DNA of 64,000 nt, from the IMG/VR virus record IMGVR_UViG_2974794339_000001, positions 11,182-75,181 of that record; one strand, given 5' to 3'. Positions within the stretch are counted from its first letter, which is position 1. Each line of letters opens with the position of its first letter. The notes beneath the pieces were generated by a model. The model searched no databases, was not told the DNA's origin, and was given only the letters and a program-made list of their open reading frames with translations. The translations under genes and the position numbers were made by a program. Of the stretch, positions 1-10,296 are shown piece by piece. Source of the DNA: a virus. Taxonomy: Duplodnaviria; Heunggongvirae; Uroviricota; Caudoviricetes; Thumleimavirales; Hafunaviridae.

Positions 1-138
1 AACAGCACGACCATCGACCTCGTTGATGGTGAGCTGGTTCCGTCCGACGACTCGGTTCCGAACATCTGGAGGAAATACTCCGCAATTAGCGGAGACAGCC
101 TCAAGAGCTACTTCGGGGAGAACTTCGCGTCCTACATC

Positions 139-1812
139 ATGGACGACAACGATGTGTTCCGCGAAGACTTACTCACTCGGCGTTCCCGGTTCTTCGAGGT
201 CGCGCTCGGTAATCCCGAGCAGTATTTCGACGTGGAAGTTCCGAGTGGTTGGGAGCGCCCCGACTACTACCTCGGCGTGGACTACGACGGTGAACCACTA
301 CGGGAGTCCGACCTCCCCGATGGATACAGCCTTGCGTTCGACCGAGCGTTCGGTGACATATACGACTTCAACCGGCGAGAGAAGTATGTCGTTCAGACGA
401 GCGATGGCGAGCTGGTCGAAACTCGTGTGTTCGAGCGACTTCGAGCGGGGGAACACTCCCTTGAGCGAAACGAAGACCTCGTTCGGCTTGATGAGGTTGG
501 CGGCGACCGGAACTTCTACTACTACGGTGGGGGTGAGAGCTTCACAATCGTCGGTCAGGAGACTAAAGACTACGAGTTTTCCAAAATCGACCGTGGCGAC
601 TTCGTGATTGTCAAAGAGACTGATGGTTACGAAGACGAAGGTGAGGTGATTGACACCCACTACGCTCGGGTTAGTAGCCGTCCCGGTTACGACGACCGGG
701 CGGGCGACTACCTCGGTGAAGCGACCGACGTGGTTACGGGTGAAACTGTCCAGTTGGACAGATACAGCTTCTACGGTCGTCGTGACACCCACCTCGATGA
801 GTGGATGCGCGACGTGGATACGCTGGAACACACCCCGGACTCGGAGATTCCCGAGAGCCTAACCACGGACTTCGACCCGGAGCATATCGACCTGAGCTTT
901 CGGTACGCTCACGAAAACGCTGACGGCCAAGGCCCGGTGGTCTATATCAAGACCAACAACGGCGGGAACGTCTACCCGGCGAAGGTCACGGGAGGTCGCG
1001 GCGACAGGCTCAATCTCGAATCCACGGAAGTTGACGAGTTCGGTGAAACTCGAACGTGGACTCGGGAGGGAGATGGAAGCGGGGACGTTGAAATCTACGC
1101 TATCTCACAAGACTACGAGAACTTCCGTAGTCTGGAGGAGGGGGACGACATTATCATCGACCCCGAGCTTCTTGACGTTGAAGACCACCCGTTCCCCGAG
1201 GATACGCTTTCGAGAGCGACTATCTCAAGCGACTTCAACGGGGTCTTCGCAAGACCGTGGGCGACCTCCGGTGAAGGTGTGAGAGTCAACCACGGTGCGT
1301 TCGTGGATATTCGAGAGAACGTCCCGACTTGGGATGCTTACAACATCGAGGGGGGTTACAGGATTGAGTTCACCGTCAATGGTGAGACTCACACCGGACT
1401 CGTTGACTTTGCTCCCTTCGGAGACAAGCGGTATCAGGTGTCCGAATACAAGGTCTACGACGAGACGGCAGGAACGACGGTTCGAGTTGACGCCCGTGAC
1501 ATTACGAGCTACGAAGACACGAACTTCAAGAACCGAGTCGAAGACGCTCCCAACTTCCTAATTGACGGAACGGATTACGTCAAGCCTCCCGATGAACCGG
1601 AACAGGCCGAGAAAGGTGACGAGTACCTGCTATGGTCTTACCGGGAAGGGGAATTTGTGAGAGCGCGGGTTCATTACGTATCCGACGTTCTTGGGGAAGT
1701 CAGGTTCGAGGTCATAGACGGTGACGACAAACCATACGAATGGACGGGGAAGAACCCTGAGTACGACAGCTCACTTTTCCCCGTGAAACCGATGGGGTAC
1801 AAGCCGGACTGA
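139..1812 (+). CDS. hypothetical highly acidic protein (557 aa), possible virion structural protein preceding the tail module
   Basis: Longest coherent frame; alternative-frame ORFs inside it are R/S/T-rich junk; acidic composition consistent with the rest of the proteome; no motif recognised. Confidence 0.5.
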   Translation: MDDNDVFREDLLTRRSRFFEVALGNPEQYFDVEVPSGWERPDYYLGVDYDGEPLRESDLPDGYSLAFDRAFGDIYDFNRREKYVVQTSDGELVETRVFERLRAGEHSLERNEDLVRLDEVGGDRNFYYYGGGESFTIVGQETKDYEFSKIDRGDFVIVKETDGYEDEGEVIDTHYARVSSRPGYDDRAGDYLGEATDVVTGETVQLDRYSFYGRRDTHLDEWMRDVDTLEHTPDSEIPESLTTDFDPEHIDLSFRYAHENADGQGPVVYIKTNNGGNVYPAKVTGGRGDRLNLESTEVDEFGETRTWTREGDGSGDVEIYAISQDYENFRSLEEGDDIIIDPELLDVEDHPFPEDTLSRATISSDFNGVFARPWATSGEGVRVNHGAFVDIRENVPTWDAYNIEGGYRIEFTVNGETHTGLVDFAPFGDKRYQVSEYKVYDETAGTTVRVDARDITSYEDTNFKNRVEDAPNFLIDGTDYVKPPDEPEQAEKGDEYLLWSYREGEFVRARVHYVSDVLGEVRFEVIDGDDKPYEWTGKNPEYDSSLFPVKPMGYKPD

Positions 1813-1813
1813 C

Positions 1814-2035
1814 ATGGCAAGCGACGAAATTGATTCTCTGGTCGAAAAGTGGGGCGAAGAAACCGTTCGGAAGGCGTTTTGGCTCCAGAACCACATCAAG
1901 CACCACGGCGTCAAAGGGATTCACTTCATGCACCCCGGCCCGAACGGGGGCGATAACGCTGAATCCCATATGCGACAAGTGGGGCCGATGACGGCGAAGC
2001 GAATCATCGAGGGGGAGCTGGACGACACGTACTGA
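1814..2035 (+). CDS. small hypothetical protein (73 aa)
   Basis: Starts 2 nt after previous stop (coupled); plausible composition. Confidence 0.4.
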   Translation: MASDEIDSLVEKWGEETVRKAFWLQNHIKHHGVKGIHFMHPGPNGGDNAESHMRQVGPMTAKRIIEGELDDTY

Positions 2036-2071
2036 CTCGATGTAGTCTTTCTCTCCTATCTGTTCTCTCTA

Positions 2072-2581
2072 ATGTTTCCAAAAGAAGCAGTCACAACTCT
2101 AATCACGAAACTAAACGGTCGTATTCCCCCGCCTGTCCACACGGCAGGTATTCAGGAAGAAAGACCGATTCCGGCTGTTCTGATTGACGGCGTTGACCTT
2201 CAGAATCTCAACCTCCACAACTCGAACTATGCCGGTTCTCAGTTTGATTCAACGACGGGGCAAGAAGTCGCGGAGATTAACCGCTACTACTACACTCTGC
2301 GCTTCGACCTCGTTGTTCGAGACGACTCCGAAACGGGAGCCTACGACATTCTCACTCATCTTCAGTCGGCGCTGGCTGAGCTGAGTGCGAGGCCGTGGGA
2401 AACGTTCCACCCGGATGTGAACGAAATCCGGCTACTCAGCTCCGGCTCTGTGAACTACACGTTCAACGAGCCTGCTGAGACTGAAATACACCAAGCTTTC
2501 GAGCTTGTATCGTTCTTCGAGACGACCGATTCCAGCGGCGATGTGATTGAATCGGTCGTTGACGCAATCGACATTTCCTAA
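2072..2581 (+). CDS. hypothetical protein, possible neck/tail-completion protein (position immediately upstream of sheath)
   Basis: Synteny only. Confidence 0.4.
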   Translation: MFPKEAVTTLITKLNGRIPPPVHTAGIQEERPIPAVLIDGVDLQNLNLHNSNYAGSQFDSTTGQEVAEINRYYYTLRFDLVVRDDSETGAYDILTHLQSALAELSARPWETFHPDVNEIRLLSSGSVNYTFNEPAETEIHQAFELVSFFETTDSSGDVIESVVDAIDIS

Positions 2582-2589
2582 TTTTATCT

Positions 2590-3882
2590 ATGGCTGACTA
2601 CGGCAACACTATCGAACCCGGTATTGTCACGAACGTCAACTCGGCGCTTTCTGTCACTTCGAGTGGGGGCGCTCCCGCCGACGTTGGACTCGTCGGACAG
2701 GCTGACCTCGTGAATGGAAAGGCACAGACGAACGCTGTCTATCAGGTCACTCGCGCTACGATGGCCCGCGAGTGGTTCGGTGAGGACAGTCCCCTGACTC
2801 AGAACGTCCTCGATGCTCTCGCGGAGGGGGCCTACCCGGTCTACGCGGTCGCGGTTGACCTCGTGGATGTTACGGGCGAAGACCTCTCCGGTCTTGCCTC
2901 GAACACGGGCACGCTGGTCGAGGGGCCGGTGAGCGAGAACGCCGCCGATACGGTGTTCAGCATCAACGGTTCTGACCTTACGACCGTTCTGAGATACGAA
3001 GACCTCTCTACCCTCTCTCCGGGTGCTGGCGAGGTCTACGTCAACCCATCGACGGGGGAGTTCAAGATTGACGCCGACGTGACCGTGGGCAACGCGGGCG
3101 ACTCCGTGGACTACGCCTACGGCGACTACGTTGCGGGCAATCAGGCGCTCGCTGACGGCGCTGGTAGCGCGGTGGACTTCTTCGTTCCGCTGAGCGAGGA
3201 TGCTGAGGTCACTCAGGATGCTCAGTCCACGGTTGGCAACATGGCGGGCGAATACAACTTCGCGGTTGCTATCGTCGGCGCTACGCCCGGCCTTGACCCG
3301 TCGAACTACTCCAACCCGTTCGATGATTCCCGCGTTCAGGTCGTCTACCCGGCCCGGAACGCGGAGGGCTACTCCACGCTTGGCTCCTACGCCGGTCGGC
3401 GTGCGAAGCTCGGTATCACGACCACGCCCATCAACAAGCGCCTCGCAACGCAGAAGTCGCTCGGTGTCAGTCTTGACCGCGCGGCCCGTGGTGCGCTGAT
3501 TGACGAGCGCGTTGTTCCGCTGGCTGACGAGACGGAGGGCGCTCGGATTGCTGACGACGTGAACACCGTGAGCGACACGAACACGGACGAGGCGGGTATC
3601 CGCTTCGGCTTCACGCGGCTCGTGATGGACTACGTTATCACGGTCATTCGTGTCAACGAACAGCCCTTCATCGGTCGCCTGAACAGTCGTGCGGTGCGAG
3701 CTTCGCTTGAGGGCCTTCTGAGCAACCAGCTCAAGACCCTGAAGCGGTCGAACTCGATTATCGACTACAACGTGAACGTGTACCGCATCGACGCGACGAG
3801 CGCCGCCGTTGAGATTCAGGTTGAGACGGCCAAGCCGCTCCGCTTCATCGAGAACACGGTCACGATTGGCGCTTCGGCGTAA
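2590..3882 (+). CDS. contractile tail sheath protein
   Basis: 430 aa; C-terminal region (…GIRFGFTRLVMDYV…VNVYRID…) resembles phage sheath C-terminal domain; followed by tube, chaperone pair, tape measure in canonical order. Confidence 0.6.
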   Translation: MADYGNTIEPGIVTNVNSALSVTSSGGAPADVGLVGQADLVNGKAQTNAVYQVTRATMAREWFGEDSPLTQNVLDALAEGAYPVYAVAVDLVDVTGEDLSGLASNTGTLVEGPVSENAADTVFSINGSDLTTVLRYEDLSTLSPGAGEVYVNPSTGEFKIDADVTVGNAGDSVDYAYGDYVAGNQALADGAGSAVDFFVPLSEDAEVTQDAQSTVGNMAGEYNFAVAIVGATPGLDPSNYSNPFDDSRVQVVYPARNAEGYSTLGSYAGRRAKLGITTTPINKRLATQKSLGVSLDRAARGALIDERVVPLADETEGARIADDVNTVSDTNTDEAGIRFGFTRLVMDYVITVIRVNEQPFIGRLNSRAVRASLEGLLSNQLKTLKRSNSIIDYNVNVYRIDATSAAVEIQVETAKPLRFIENTVTIGASA

Positions 3883-3910
3883 AGACTCAACTTCTACTTT
3901 TTAACTCATT

Positions 3911-4456
3911 ATGTCTGCTTCTAACGTTGACCGGATTGAGAGCGCGGCGAACATCACTCTGAACATCTCGCGCGGTGGGTCGCAGGTCACGGCTGATTCT
4001 GTTTCGGCTCCTGCTGACGACGGCGGTAGTTTCACGGACTCGGAGCGTGCTGAGGTCGTTGACGCCGGTACGCTTCGCGTCCCCATCTCGCAGTTGGACA
4101 CCACGAAGGACATTGAGATTTCCGAGATTCGGGAATCTTCGCTGAAGGCGAGTGGCTATTCGGTCACTTCCATCAGCTACTCCGGCTCGATGATGTTCAA
4201 GGGCGAGCGGGTTCACGGCCCCGACAACGAGCCGGTTTCCATCGAGTCGCTGATTTACGACGACGATGGCGTTCCGATTCCCTGCTCTGTCACCATCACC
4301 CACGAACTCTCTGGTAAGACGGAGACGTTCGAGGACGTTCTCGTGACCAGCGATTCCTACGAGGTTCAGTCTGAGTCTGAGACTGAGACGGCCTTCGACT
4401 GGATTGCGATGGACAAGGTGACGAAAGACCCGAAGACGGACTCTGAGAGTTCGTAA
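3911..4456 (+). CDS. tail tube protein
   Basis: 181 aa protein directly after sheath; synteny. Confidence 0.5.
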   Translation: MSASNVDRIESAANITLNISRGGSQVTADSVSAPADDGGSFTDSERAEVVDAGTLRVPISQLDTTKDIEISEIRESSLKASGYSVTSISYSGSMMFKGERVHGPDNEPVSIESLIYDDDGVPIPCSVTITHELSGKTETFEDVLVTSDSYEVQSESETETAFDWIAMDKVTKDPKTDSESS

Positions 4457-4509
4457 TCGCGCTTCTCGCTGAATAGCTCTCTGACTAACCTTTTACACTT
4501 TCATTTATC

Positions 4510-4980
4510 ATGGCTGACGAAACCGACAACGACAGTAACGACGTTAACATCTCGAAGCTCCGCGAACTGGCCCTCAGAGGGAAGAACTACCGCGAGGAGT
4601 TTGAAACCAACTACCTCGGTGAGACTCTGACCCTCTACCTCAAGCCGCTGACCGACCTTGAGTTCCTGCCGATTGCGGCGTTCCTCGAAGAAAAGCTGGA
4701 CATGGATACCGAGGAAGCGAAGGAACGCATCGAGGAGGAGCGAGAGGCCGGTGACGACGACTCGATTGATATTACGAACTTCGACAAGGAGTTCGTCGGT
4801 ATCATGCAGGAAGCGGCGGCGAAGGGCGTTGACACCACGCAGGGTGACGCCGAAGGTCTGGACGACGAGCTGGTTCTCGAAACTATCCGTGACCTGATTG
4901 GCGGCAAGTCCATCGAGATTGCGGAGCGTGTGCTGGACATTTCCAGCAACGCAGAGGACGCTGAGAAGTTTCGCAGATAG
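4510..4980 (+). CDS. tail assembly chaperone (G-like)
   Basis: Small acidic protein between tube and tape measure; overlapping downstream ORF in another frame typical of G/GT chaperone pair. Confidence 0.45.
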   Translation: MADETDNDSNDVNISKLRELALRGKNYREEFETNYLGETLTLYLKPLTDLEFLPIAAFLEEKLDMDTEEAKERIEEEREAGDDDSIDITNFDKEFVGIMQEAAAKGVDTTQGDAEGLDDELVLETIRDLIGGKSIEIAERVLDISSNAEDAEKFRR

Positions 4981-5290
4981 TGGGGCCGCGAGCGTAATTT
5001 TCGGCCTCAAGTCTGAGATTGGTGCTGGCTTCGTTGGCTCAGACGACCAGCTCGAACTAACACCGTTCCAGAGACAGGTGTTCGAGGCCGAGAAGGTTCG
5101 TGAACACCGCGAGCAGGAAAAGCAGATGGAAGCCGCTCAGAACGGGAATATGGGCGGCCGAGGTCGCACTCCGAACGCCGCACACCCAAACGTGGGCGGT
5201 CGTGGTCGGCGCTCTCGGAGTGAGACAGTACGGTATGTGAACGACAGTTCTGAGGAGAATCCAGAGGCGAACGTCACGTTCGTTGACTAA
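4976..5290 (+). CDS. tail assembly chaperone frameshift extension (GT-like C-terminal part)
   Basis: ORF in +1 frame whose meaningful translation (…SGAASVIFGLKSEIGAGFVGSDDQLELTPFQRQVFEAEK…) begins exactly at the AGA-TAG stop of the upstream chaperone ORF; earlier part of this frame is junk. Confidence 0.35.
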   Translation, partial: DSGAASVIFGLKSEIGAGFVGSDDQLELTPFQRQVFEAEKVREHREQEKQMEAAQNGNMGGRGRTPNAAHPNVGGRGRRSRSETVRYVNDSSEENPEANVTFVD

Positions 5291-5292
5291 TT

Positions 5293-7110
5293 ATGTCTGT
5301 TAAAATCGACCTCGACCTTCAGGCCGGGGACGTTATGGCGAAGTTGACCGAAATCAAGGGCCAGCTTGAGGCTCTTGAGGACGACTTCGACTTCTCTTTT
5401 GACGGCGACTTCAGGGCACAACTGGATGAGATTGCTGACACCCTCGATGGGTTGGGCGACAATCTGGTAAAAGACCTCGATGAAGTTGCTACTCGGCTTG
5501 AAGACCTCGAAATTGACGTAGGCGCTCCCGTTGGTGGGGGCGATTCCGGTGGGGACACCGGAAGTGATAGCGGAGATAAGTATTTCGCAGACGGCCCCGG
5601 CTCGGGGATGAGTATGCGGGAGATTCTTCGCCGGGTGGAAAGCTCTGGATACGGAACTACCGCGAGAGATGTTGCTGACGCCGACCTCGGCTTCGAGATT
5701 GACCGTCAGAACAACATCAAGAAAATCAACGAGGCTCTTTCGGAGACTCTTGGTGACGGTCTTCTCTCGGGATTCGTAACCAGCAACTCGAATTGGGGTG
5801 GCGTAACCTCTGACCGGAGTAAGGGGGTCGCTTCGCTTCTGGACGCGAAGGGCGTTTCCCCGGACAGTCTCCGGCTTGGTCGGATGGGGAAAATGACCAA
5901 GCGGCTCAGCGGTCGTGTCTCGAACCTTCGAGGCATTATCCGTAGCGCGATTCCCTCTATGGCTAAGTGGTGGCAACTGATTGCTCTCGCGCTCCCGGCC
6001 CTGATTGCGTTCGCTGTTCAGGCGTCCGGCGTTGCTACCTCGATGCTCGCTATGGCCGGTGCGGGTGCGGCGTTCATCGGCCTCGGTCTTGTCGGCCACG
6101 GTAACAGTATGGCCGAGTCGTGGCGGAACGCTCAGCAACAGCTCTCCCAACTCAAGGAAGACCTGTACGAGACGTTCCTCCCCTCGATGCAGACTTTCGC
6201 TCCGATTCAGGACGCCTTCTTCGATATGCTCCCGGTGGAGCTTGGGAAGGTCAATGACGCGCTACAATCGCTCGCCGGAACCAGCTACCAATACGCCCTG
6301 TTCGACGGACTTCGGGGCGTCACGGGCTGGATTTCTGAGCTGATTTACTCGATGCGCGACCTCGATTCGATTGCCACTCAGGTTACGATGCGGTTCGGTG
6401 GCATCATCGGGACGAAGGTTATCGACTTCTTCGAGTGGGCGACGATTGAGGCGTACCGGAATCAGGAGAGCCTGATTAAGCTCGGTGGCGTCATCATGTC
6501 GGTCATTGAGATTATCTACAATCTCTCTACGATTTTCGCTCACCTCGTTCTGATGCTCTCCCCGGTGATTGACGCCGTGGTTTGGCTGACGCAGGTTCTC
6601 AGCCAGCCGATGTACCGGGCGCTCGCGGCGGTTATCGTTATGTTCACGCTCATCGGAGTCGTGCTGGCGAAGACCATCGTGACGATTGCGAAGGTTCGCA
6701 TGGCGTTCGCTATTCTCGGTATCACGGGTTCGGGCGCGATGGCCGGACTCGCTTCGAGCGCGGTCGGGGCGATGGCGACGGTGAAGGGCGCTGTTATGTC
6801 TGCCGTCGCTTCGCTTGGGCTTCTCCAAGCGGCTCTTATCGCTACCGGGATTGGCGCTCTGGTGGTCGGCGGTGGCTACCTTGCGTACCAAGCGATGAAG
6901 CCGAAAGGCCCGCCGTCTGCCGGTAGTGGCTCCGGTTACGGCGGTAGCGGTTCTGGTAGTACGGTAATCAACGAGGGCGACACCTACAACTTCAACGTTG
7001 ACGGCTCGACGGACGGGCCGACGACTCAGAAGATGCTCGATGTGGCTACGTTGAACAATCAGACCGACTCCACTCGGTCACTCTCTCTTAGTGGTGGAAA
7101 TGGAAGATAA
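5293..7110 (+). CDS. tail tape measure protein
   Basis: 605 aa; N-terminal coiled-coil-like acidic segment, central run of hydrophobic/Ala-Gly-rich helices, C-terminal Gly/Ser-rich tail; position after chaperones. Confidence 0.6.
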   Translation: MSVKIDLDLQAGDVMAKLTEIKGQLEALEDDFDFSFDGDFRAQLDEIADTLDGLGDNLVKDLDEVATRLEDLEIDVGAPVGGGDSGGDTGSDSGDKYFADGPGSGMSMREILRRVESSGYGTTARDVADADLGFEIDRQNNIKKINEALSETLGDGLLSGFVTSNSNWGGVTSDRSKGVASLLDAKGVSPDSLRLGRMGKMTKRLSGRVSNLRGIIRSAIPSMAKWWQLIALALPALIAFAVQASGVATSMLAMAGAGAAFIGLGLVGHGNSMAESWRNAQQQLSQLKEDLYETFLPSMQTFAPIQDAFFDMLPVELGKVNDALQSLAGTSYQYALFDGLRGVTGWISELIYSMRDLDSIATQVTMRFGGIIGTKVIDFFEWATIEAYRNQESLIKLGGVIMSVIEIIYNLSTIFAHLVLMLSPVIDAVVWLTQVLSQPMYRALAAVIVMFTLIGVVLAKTIVTIAKVRMAFAILGITGSGAMAGLASSAVGAMATVKGAVMSAVASLGLLQAALIATGIGALVVGGGYLAYQAMKPKGPPSAGSGSGYGGSGSGSTVINEGDTYNFNVDGSTDGPTTQKMLDVATLNNQTDSTRSLSLSGGNGR

Positions 7111-7674
7111 ATGGTAAACGCATTTGCGAGAGGTGGGGGTTCTGATGATACCTACATCGAGGAAGACCCCATTCAGGCAGGCCCGAACGAGGGTATCCAG
7201 TTCAAGGTTATCGCCTTGGGACAGCCCGAGACGGACGGTTCGAGCGACGTGTCGGCTGAGGATAACAAGCCCGTTCTGTTTGAGTTTAATCCTCTGTTCT
7301 TCCCCGACCGCTTCAATCAGAGCTTCGACAAGGAACTTCGGCGCGAAGGCCAGCAATGTCGGGGCGAAGACGTGTCTATCAAGAATCTGAAAAACTCCGA
7401 GTTTCACGCTACTGGAGTTATTCTTGAAGAAAACCTCCGGGTCGTCCAGAAGCTCGCTGAACACAACGGCGTCGTGGATATGATTACTCCGATTTCCCCG
7501 AACGGTGGGATGGAGTGTTACATCAAGGGCGGCGACGTGGGCGAGCTGGAAGGCTGGAATCCGGTGTACCGACAATGGATGTTCACGTACACGTTCGACT
7601 TCGTTTCGACCGGCCTCGATGAGTTCGGCAACAGTACGGAAAACGACGTGGTAAGCAGTATTCTTGATAGATGA
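7111..7674 (+). CDS. baseplate-associated/tail protein (187 aa)
   Basis: ATGA-type coupling to tape measure stop; synteny. Confidence 0.45.
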   Translation: MVNAFARGGGSDDTYIEEDPIQAGPNEGIQFKVIALGQPETDGSSDVSAEDNKPVLFEFNPLFFPDRFNQSFDKELRREGQQCRGEDVSIKNLKNSEFHATGVILEENLRVVQKLAEHNGVVDMITPISPNGGMECYIKGGDVGELEGWNPVYRQWMFTYTFDFVSTGLDEFGNSTENDVVSSILDR

Positions 7675-9104
7675 ATTGTGAAGACGCCAATATCTCCATA
7701 GCGATTCTGGACGACGACGGAGACTTCCAGAACCCTCTTGTGGAGATTAGGCCGTTGGATTTCAACTTCCAGCGGAACCGGGGCCAGTTCGACTACGTTC
7801 GGGCCAAGTTCTCGCAGGGAGTTGCCGACCACATCCAAGAGTCGGTTCAGGATGAAGATGGCGCACTTCACCGCCGCCGTCCTGCCCTCATTAAGTTCGG
7901 TGATATTGTAGTTCACCGGATGCTCTACCTCCCCGACGCCGTTCAGTTCGGGGCGAACAATGTCCACATAGAGCTACACGACGTTCAGAAACATCTCGAT
8001 ATTGGCGTCGTAGACTACCAGCGTCAGAACGTTACTCTCGAAGAAGCCTACCGCTACGTGTTCAATCAGCGGGACACTTCCACGGGAGAGCTGTTCTCTG
8101 GTATTGAGTTTGCGATTCCCAATTCCGCCTTCGAGCGAGTGATTGCTATGTCCTCTCGTGAAGGACGTAGGCACTACGAGCGGGCGATGGATAAGGAGTC
8201 GATGAAGGAGCTTAGCGATGGAAACTACTTCGGTGTCCTCGATAAGACAAAGGCTCTCCGCAATTACGAGCAGGAAGAAAATCTGAACATCATCAAGTCG
8301 AACTACGCTCTGGACTTCAAGCAGGTCACTCCGTGGGAGGCTATTCTCGAAATGAACGAGAAGTTTGGAGTCACGACGTGGGTGGCCCCGGACGGGAAGT
8401 TTTGGGTCGGTAGTCGCGGCGCTACTGGTATCGACCACGTTGCGGCTCCCGACGACTCCCGAGTGTGGAAACTCATCGACTACAACATCACCCCTCCACG
8501 CGACCCGATTATGAAAGTCGTCGTTCGGGGGAAGATGATTCACGACCCGAACGAGAGTTGGGGCGAACAGCTCGGTGAGCTGGTGAACATGAGTCGCGGT
8601 ACGAAAGACTACCGCGCCGAGGGAGTTGCTGAGCGGCCCGACCTCGATTTCGGTCGAATCGTTGAACCGGAAGACCTCGAAGTTGCGGCTGACGGTCTGG
8701 AACACGTTGCGAAGCGCCGGATGAAGAAAATCCAGCGCGACCAATGGAGCGGGAATCTCGAAATCCTGCCGTCCCACTCTGGAACGGAGTGGACTGATAT
8801 TCGCAAGGTACAGGTCGGTGATAACATCGTGACTGTCCCACCTGAGAACGCGGGCGGGGAGTGTGGTACGAATATCCGGCGCGAAGCGTTCAATATCACC
8901 GGAGTAAACCACATCCTGAACGAGTCGGGAGAGTGGGTTCTTCGACTCGATGTGGTTCCGCTCATGGACGGACACCTTGACCCGGAACACATCAAGTCCT
9001 ATATGCGGTACTTCGACCCGCATAAGAAGGAATACATCTCCGAGGAGGCTTACGAGGCTGACAAAAAAGCCGACGAGGGGATTGAACTCTCCGACTTCAT
9101 CTAA
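7671..9104 (+). CDS. baseplate hub-like/tail protein (477 aa)
   Basis: Overlaps previous stop (ATGA); precedes spike gene. Confidence 0.45.
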   Translation: MNCEDANISIAILDDDGDFQNPLVEIRPLDFNFQRNRGQFDYVRAKFSQGVADHIQESVQDEDGALHRRRPALIKFGDIVVHRMLYLPDAVQFGANNVHIELHDVQKHLDIGVVDYQRQNVTLEEAYRYVFNQRDTSTGELFSGIEFAIPNSAFERVIAMSSREGRRHYERAMDKESMKELSDGNYFGVLDKTKALRNYEQEENLNIIKSNYALDFKQVTPWEAILEMNEKFGVTTWVAPDGKFWVGSRGATGIDHVAAPDDSRVWKLIDYNITPPRDPIMKVVVRGKMIHDPNESWGEQLGELVNMSRGTKDYRAEGVAERPDLDFGRIVEPEDLEVAADGLEHVAKRRMKKIQRDQWSGNLEILPSHSGTEWTDIRKVQVGDNIVTVPPENAGGECGTNIRREAFNITGVNHILNESGEWVLRLDVVPLMDGHLDPEHIKSYMRYFDPHKKEYISEEAYEADKKADEGIELSDFI

Positions 9105-9106
9105 TT

Positions 9107-9544
9107 ATGATTCACGGAATAGCTACTTCTACGGATTTCAAGTCCGGTATTCTACTGGTTGACGTTCAGGTTGCGCGAGCGGGGGTAACTTACAAGAACG
9201 TACCTGTTCTCCACCAGTTCCCCGGACACATCCAGTCTATCACGGAAGGCTCCCGTGTTGTTCTCGAACAGACGGAGGACAATCTGTGGGTCATTCTCGG
9301 AGTCCTCGAAACGGATAGTGACCTTCTGACTGAGAAGCCGGTCGCCTACGAGCAGGTGATGGCTTTCGATGATGGAACGGAGATTAGCGTTAAAGAGGCG
9401 GAATCCGGCGGATACGACGTGAATATCAACGCATCGAGCGAGTTGAACATCAAGGCGACCGGGGACGTGACTGTTGAAACTGAGGGACACCTTCAGTTCA
9501 AGTCGTCCTCGGTTGACTTCGATACCTCGGGTGGTTCTGCGTGA
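9107..9544 (+). CDS. baseplate spike protein, gpV/gp5 OB-fold-like
   Basis: 145 aa; N-terminal …ILLVDVQVARAGVTYKNVPVL…GSRVVLEQTEDNLWVILGVLE resembles P2 gpV / VgrG N-terminal spike domain. Confidence 0.55.
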   Translation: MIHGIATSTDFKSGILLVDVQVARAGVTYKNVPVLHQFPGHIQSITEGSRVVLEQTEDNLWVILGVLETDSDLLTEKPVAYEQVMAFDDGTEISVKEAESGGYDVNINASSELNIKATGDVTVETEGHLQFKSSSVDFDTSGGSA

Positions 9545-9906
9545 GCAAGAAGCTCGCCGTTCACGGTGCGGCGTGTGAGGCTGACGGCCACCCTTCGGAG
9601 TGTCAAGCTACGGTGACGGGACAGACGCAGGACGCTGACGGCGATACGTCGGTGACTATCAACGGGGTTCCGCTCACCGACCACGGCGACTCGATGAGCT
9701 TTCCCTCTCACGCTCACGCATATAGTGGCGACCCACCGGCTTGTACGAGCTATTCTTCCCACGACCTCGTTCCCGACGAGTCTCCCTCGTTCACGGTGAA
9801 CGGTCGGCCCGTCGTCCGGGTAGGTGACTCCACGAGCGACCCCGGTGCTGGAACTGCTGAAGTAGTTGACTCCGGTGGGAACGGCGCTGTAACGCACACG
9901 GAATAG
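9541..9906 (+). CDS. PAAR-like spike tip protein
   Basis: GTG start overlapping previous TGA; repeated …ING.P…HGD… and …VNGRPVVRVGDSTS… segments typical of PAAR-repeat proteins; located right after spike. Confidence 0.5.
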   Translation: MSKKLAVHGAACEADGHPSECQATVTGQTQDADGDTSVTINGVPLTDHGDSMSFPSHAHAYSGDPPACTSYSSHDLVPDESPSFTVNGRPVVRVGDSTSDPGAGTAEVVDSGGNGAVTHTE

Positions 9907-9969
9907 CTCACATCATATATAAACCCTTTACCATTAATAGTAGTAGAGACAGCCCTTCTTCACCCCTTT

Positions 9970-10296
9970 ATGCTGGATTTAGCCCTAAATAGTGACTTCT
10001 CTGTTTTTCTAAACGAGAACGGCGACCTCGGTACGGTGAGTGGGCGCGAGGAGTTCGAGCAGTCGGTTGTGATTCTAATGACCGAGCTAATGCGTAGCTC
10101 GGCTATCGGAGAGTTCGACCAATCTACGATTGAGCAGAAGCTCAAGCTCGAAGCAACTCGGGTCGCACGGAAACACGATTTCCTCACGGACATTTCTGGA
10201 ATCGACGTTTCGCCGCACAAGGAGAACCCTCACACATACGTTGTAAGTATCGACTACAAAACAGACCGAATTTTCGAGGAGAATATTAGCGGATGA
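9970..10296 (+). CDS. baseplate wedge protein, gpW/gp25-like
   Basis: 108 aa; size, N-terminal MLDLALNSDFSVFLNENGDL… pattern and position before J-like gene. Confidence 0.5.
   Translation: MLDLALNSDFSVFLNENGDLGTVSGREEFEQSVVILMTELMRSSAIGEFDQSTIEQKLKLEATRVARKHDFLTDISGIDVSPHKENPHTYVVSIDYKTDRIFEENISG

Noticed and set aside
23-862. Overlapping ORFs (23-607 +, 298-831 -, 650-862 +) inside 139-1812
   Set aside because: R/S/T- or V-rich low-complexity translations in alternative frames of a longer coherent gene; typical high-GC shadow ORFs.
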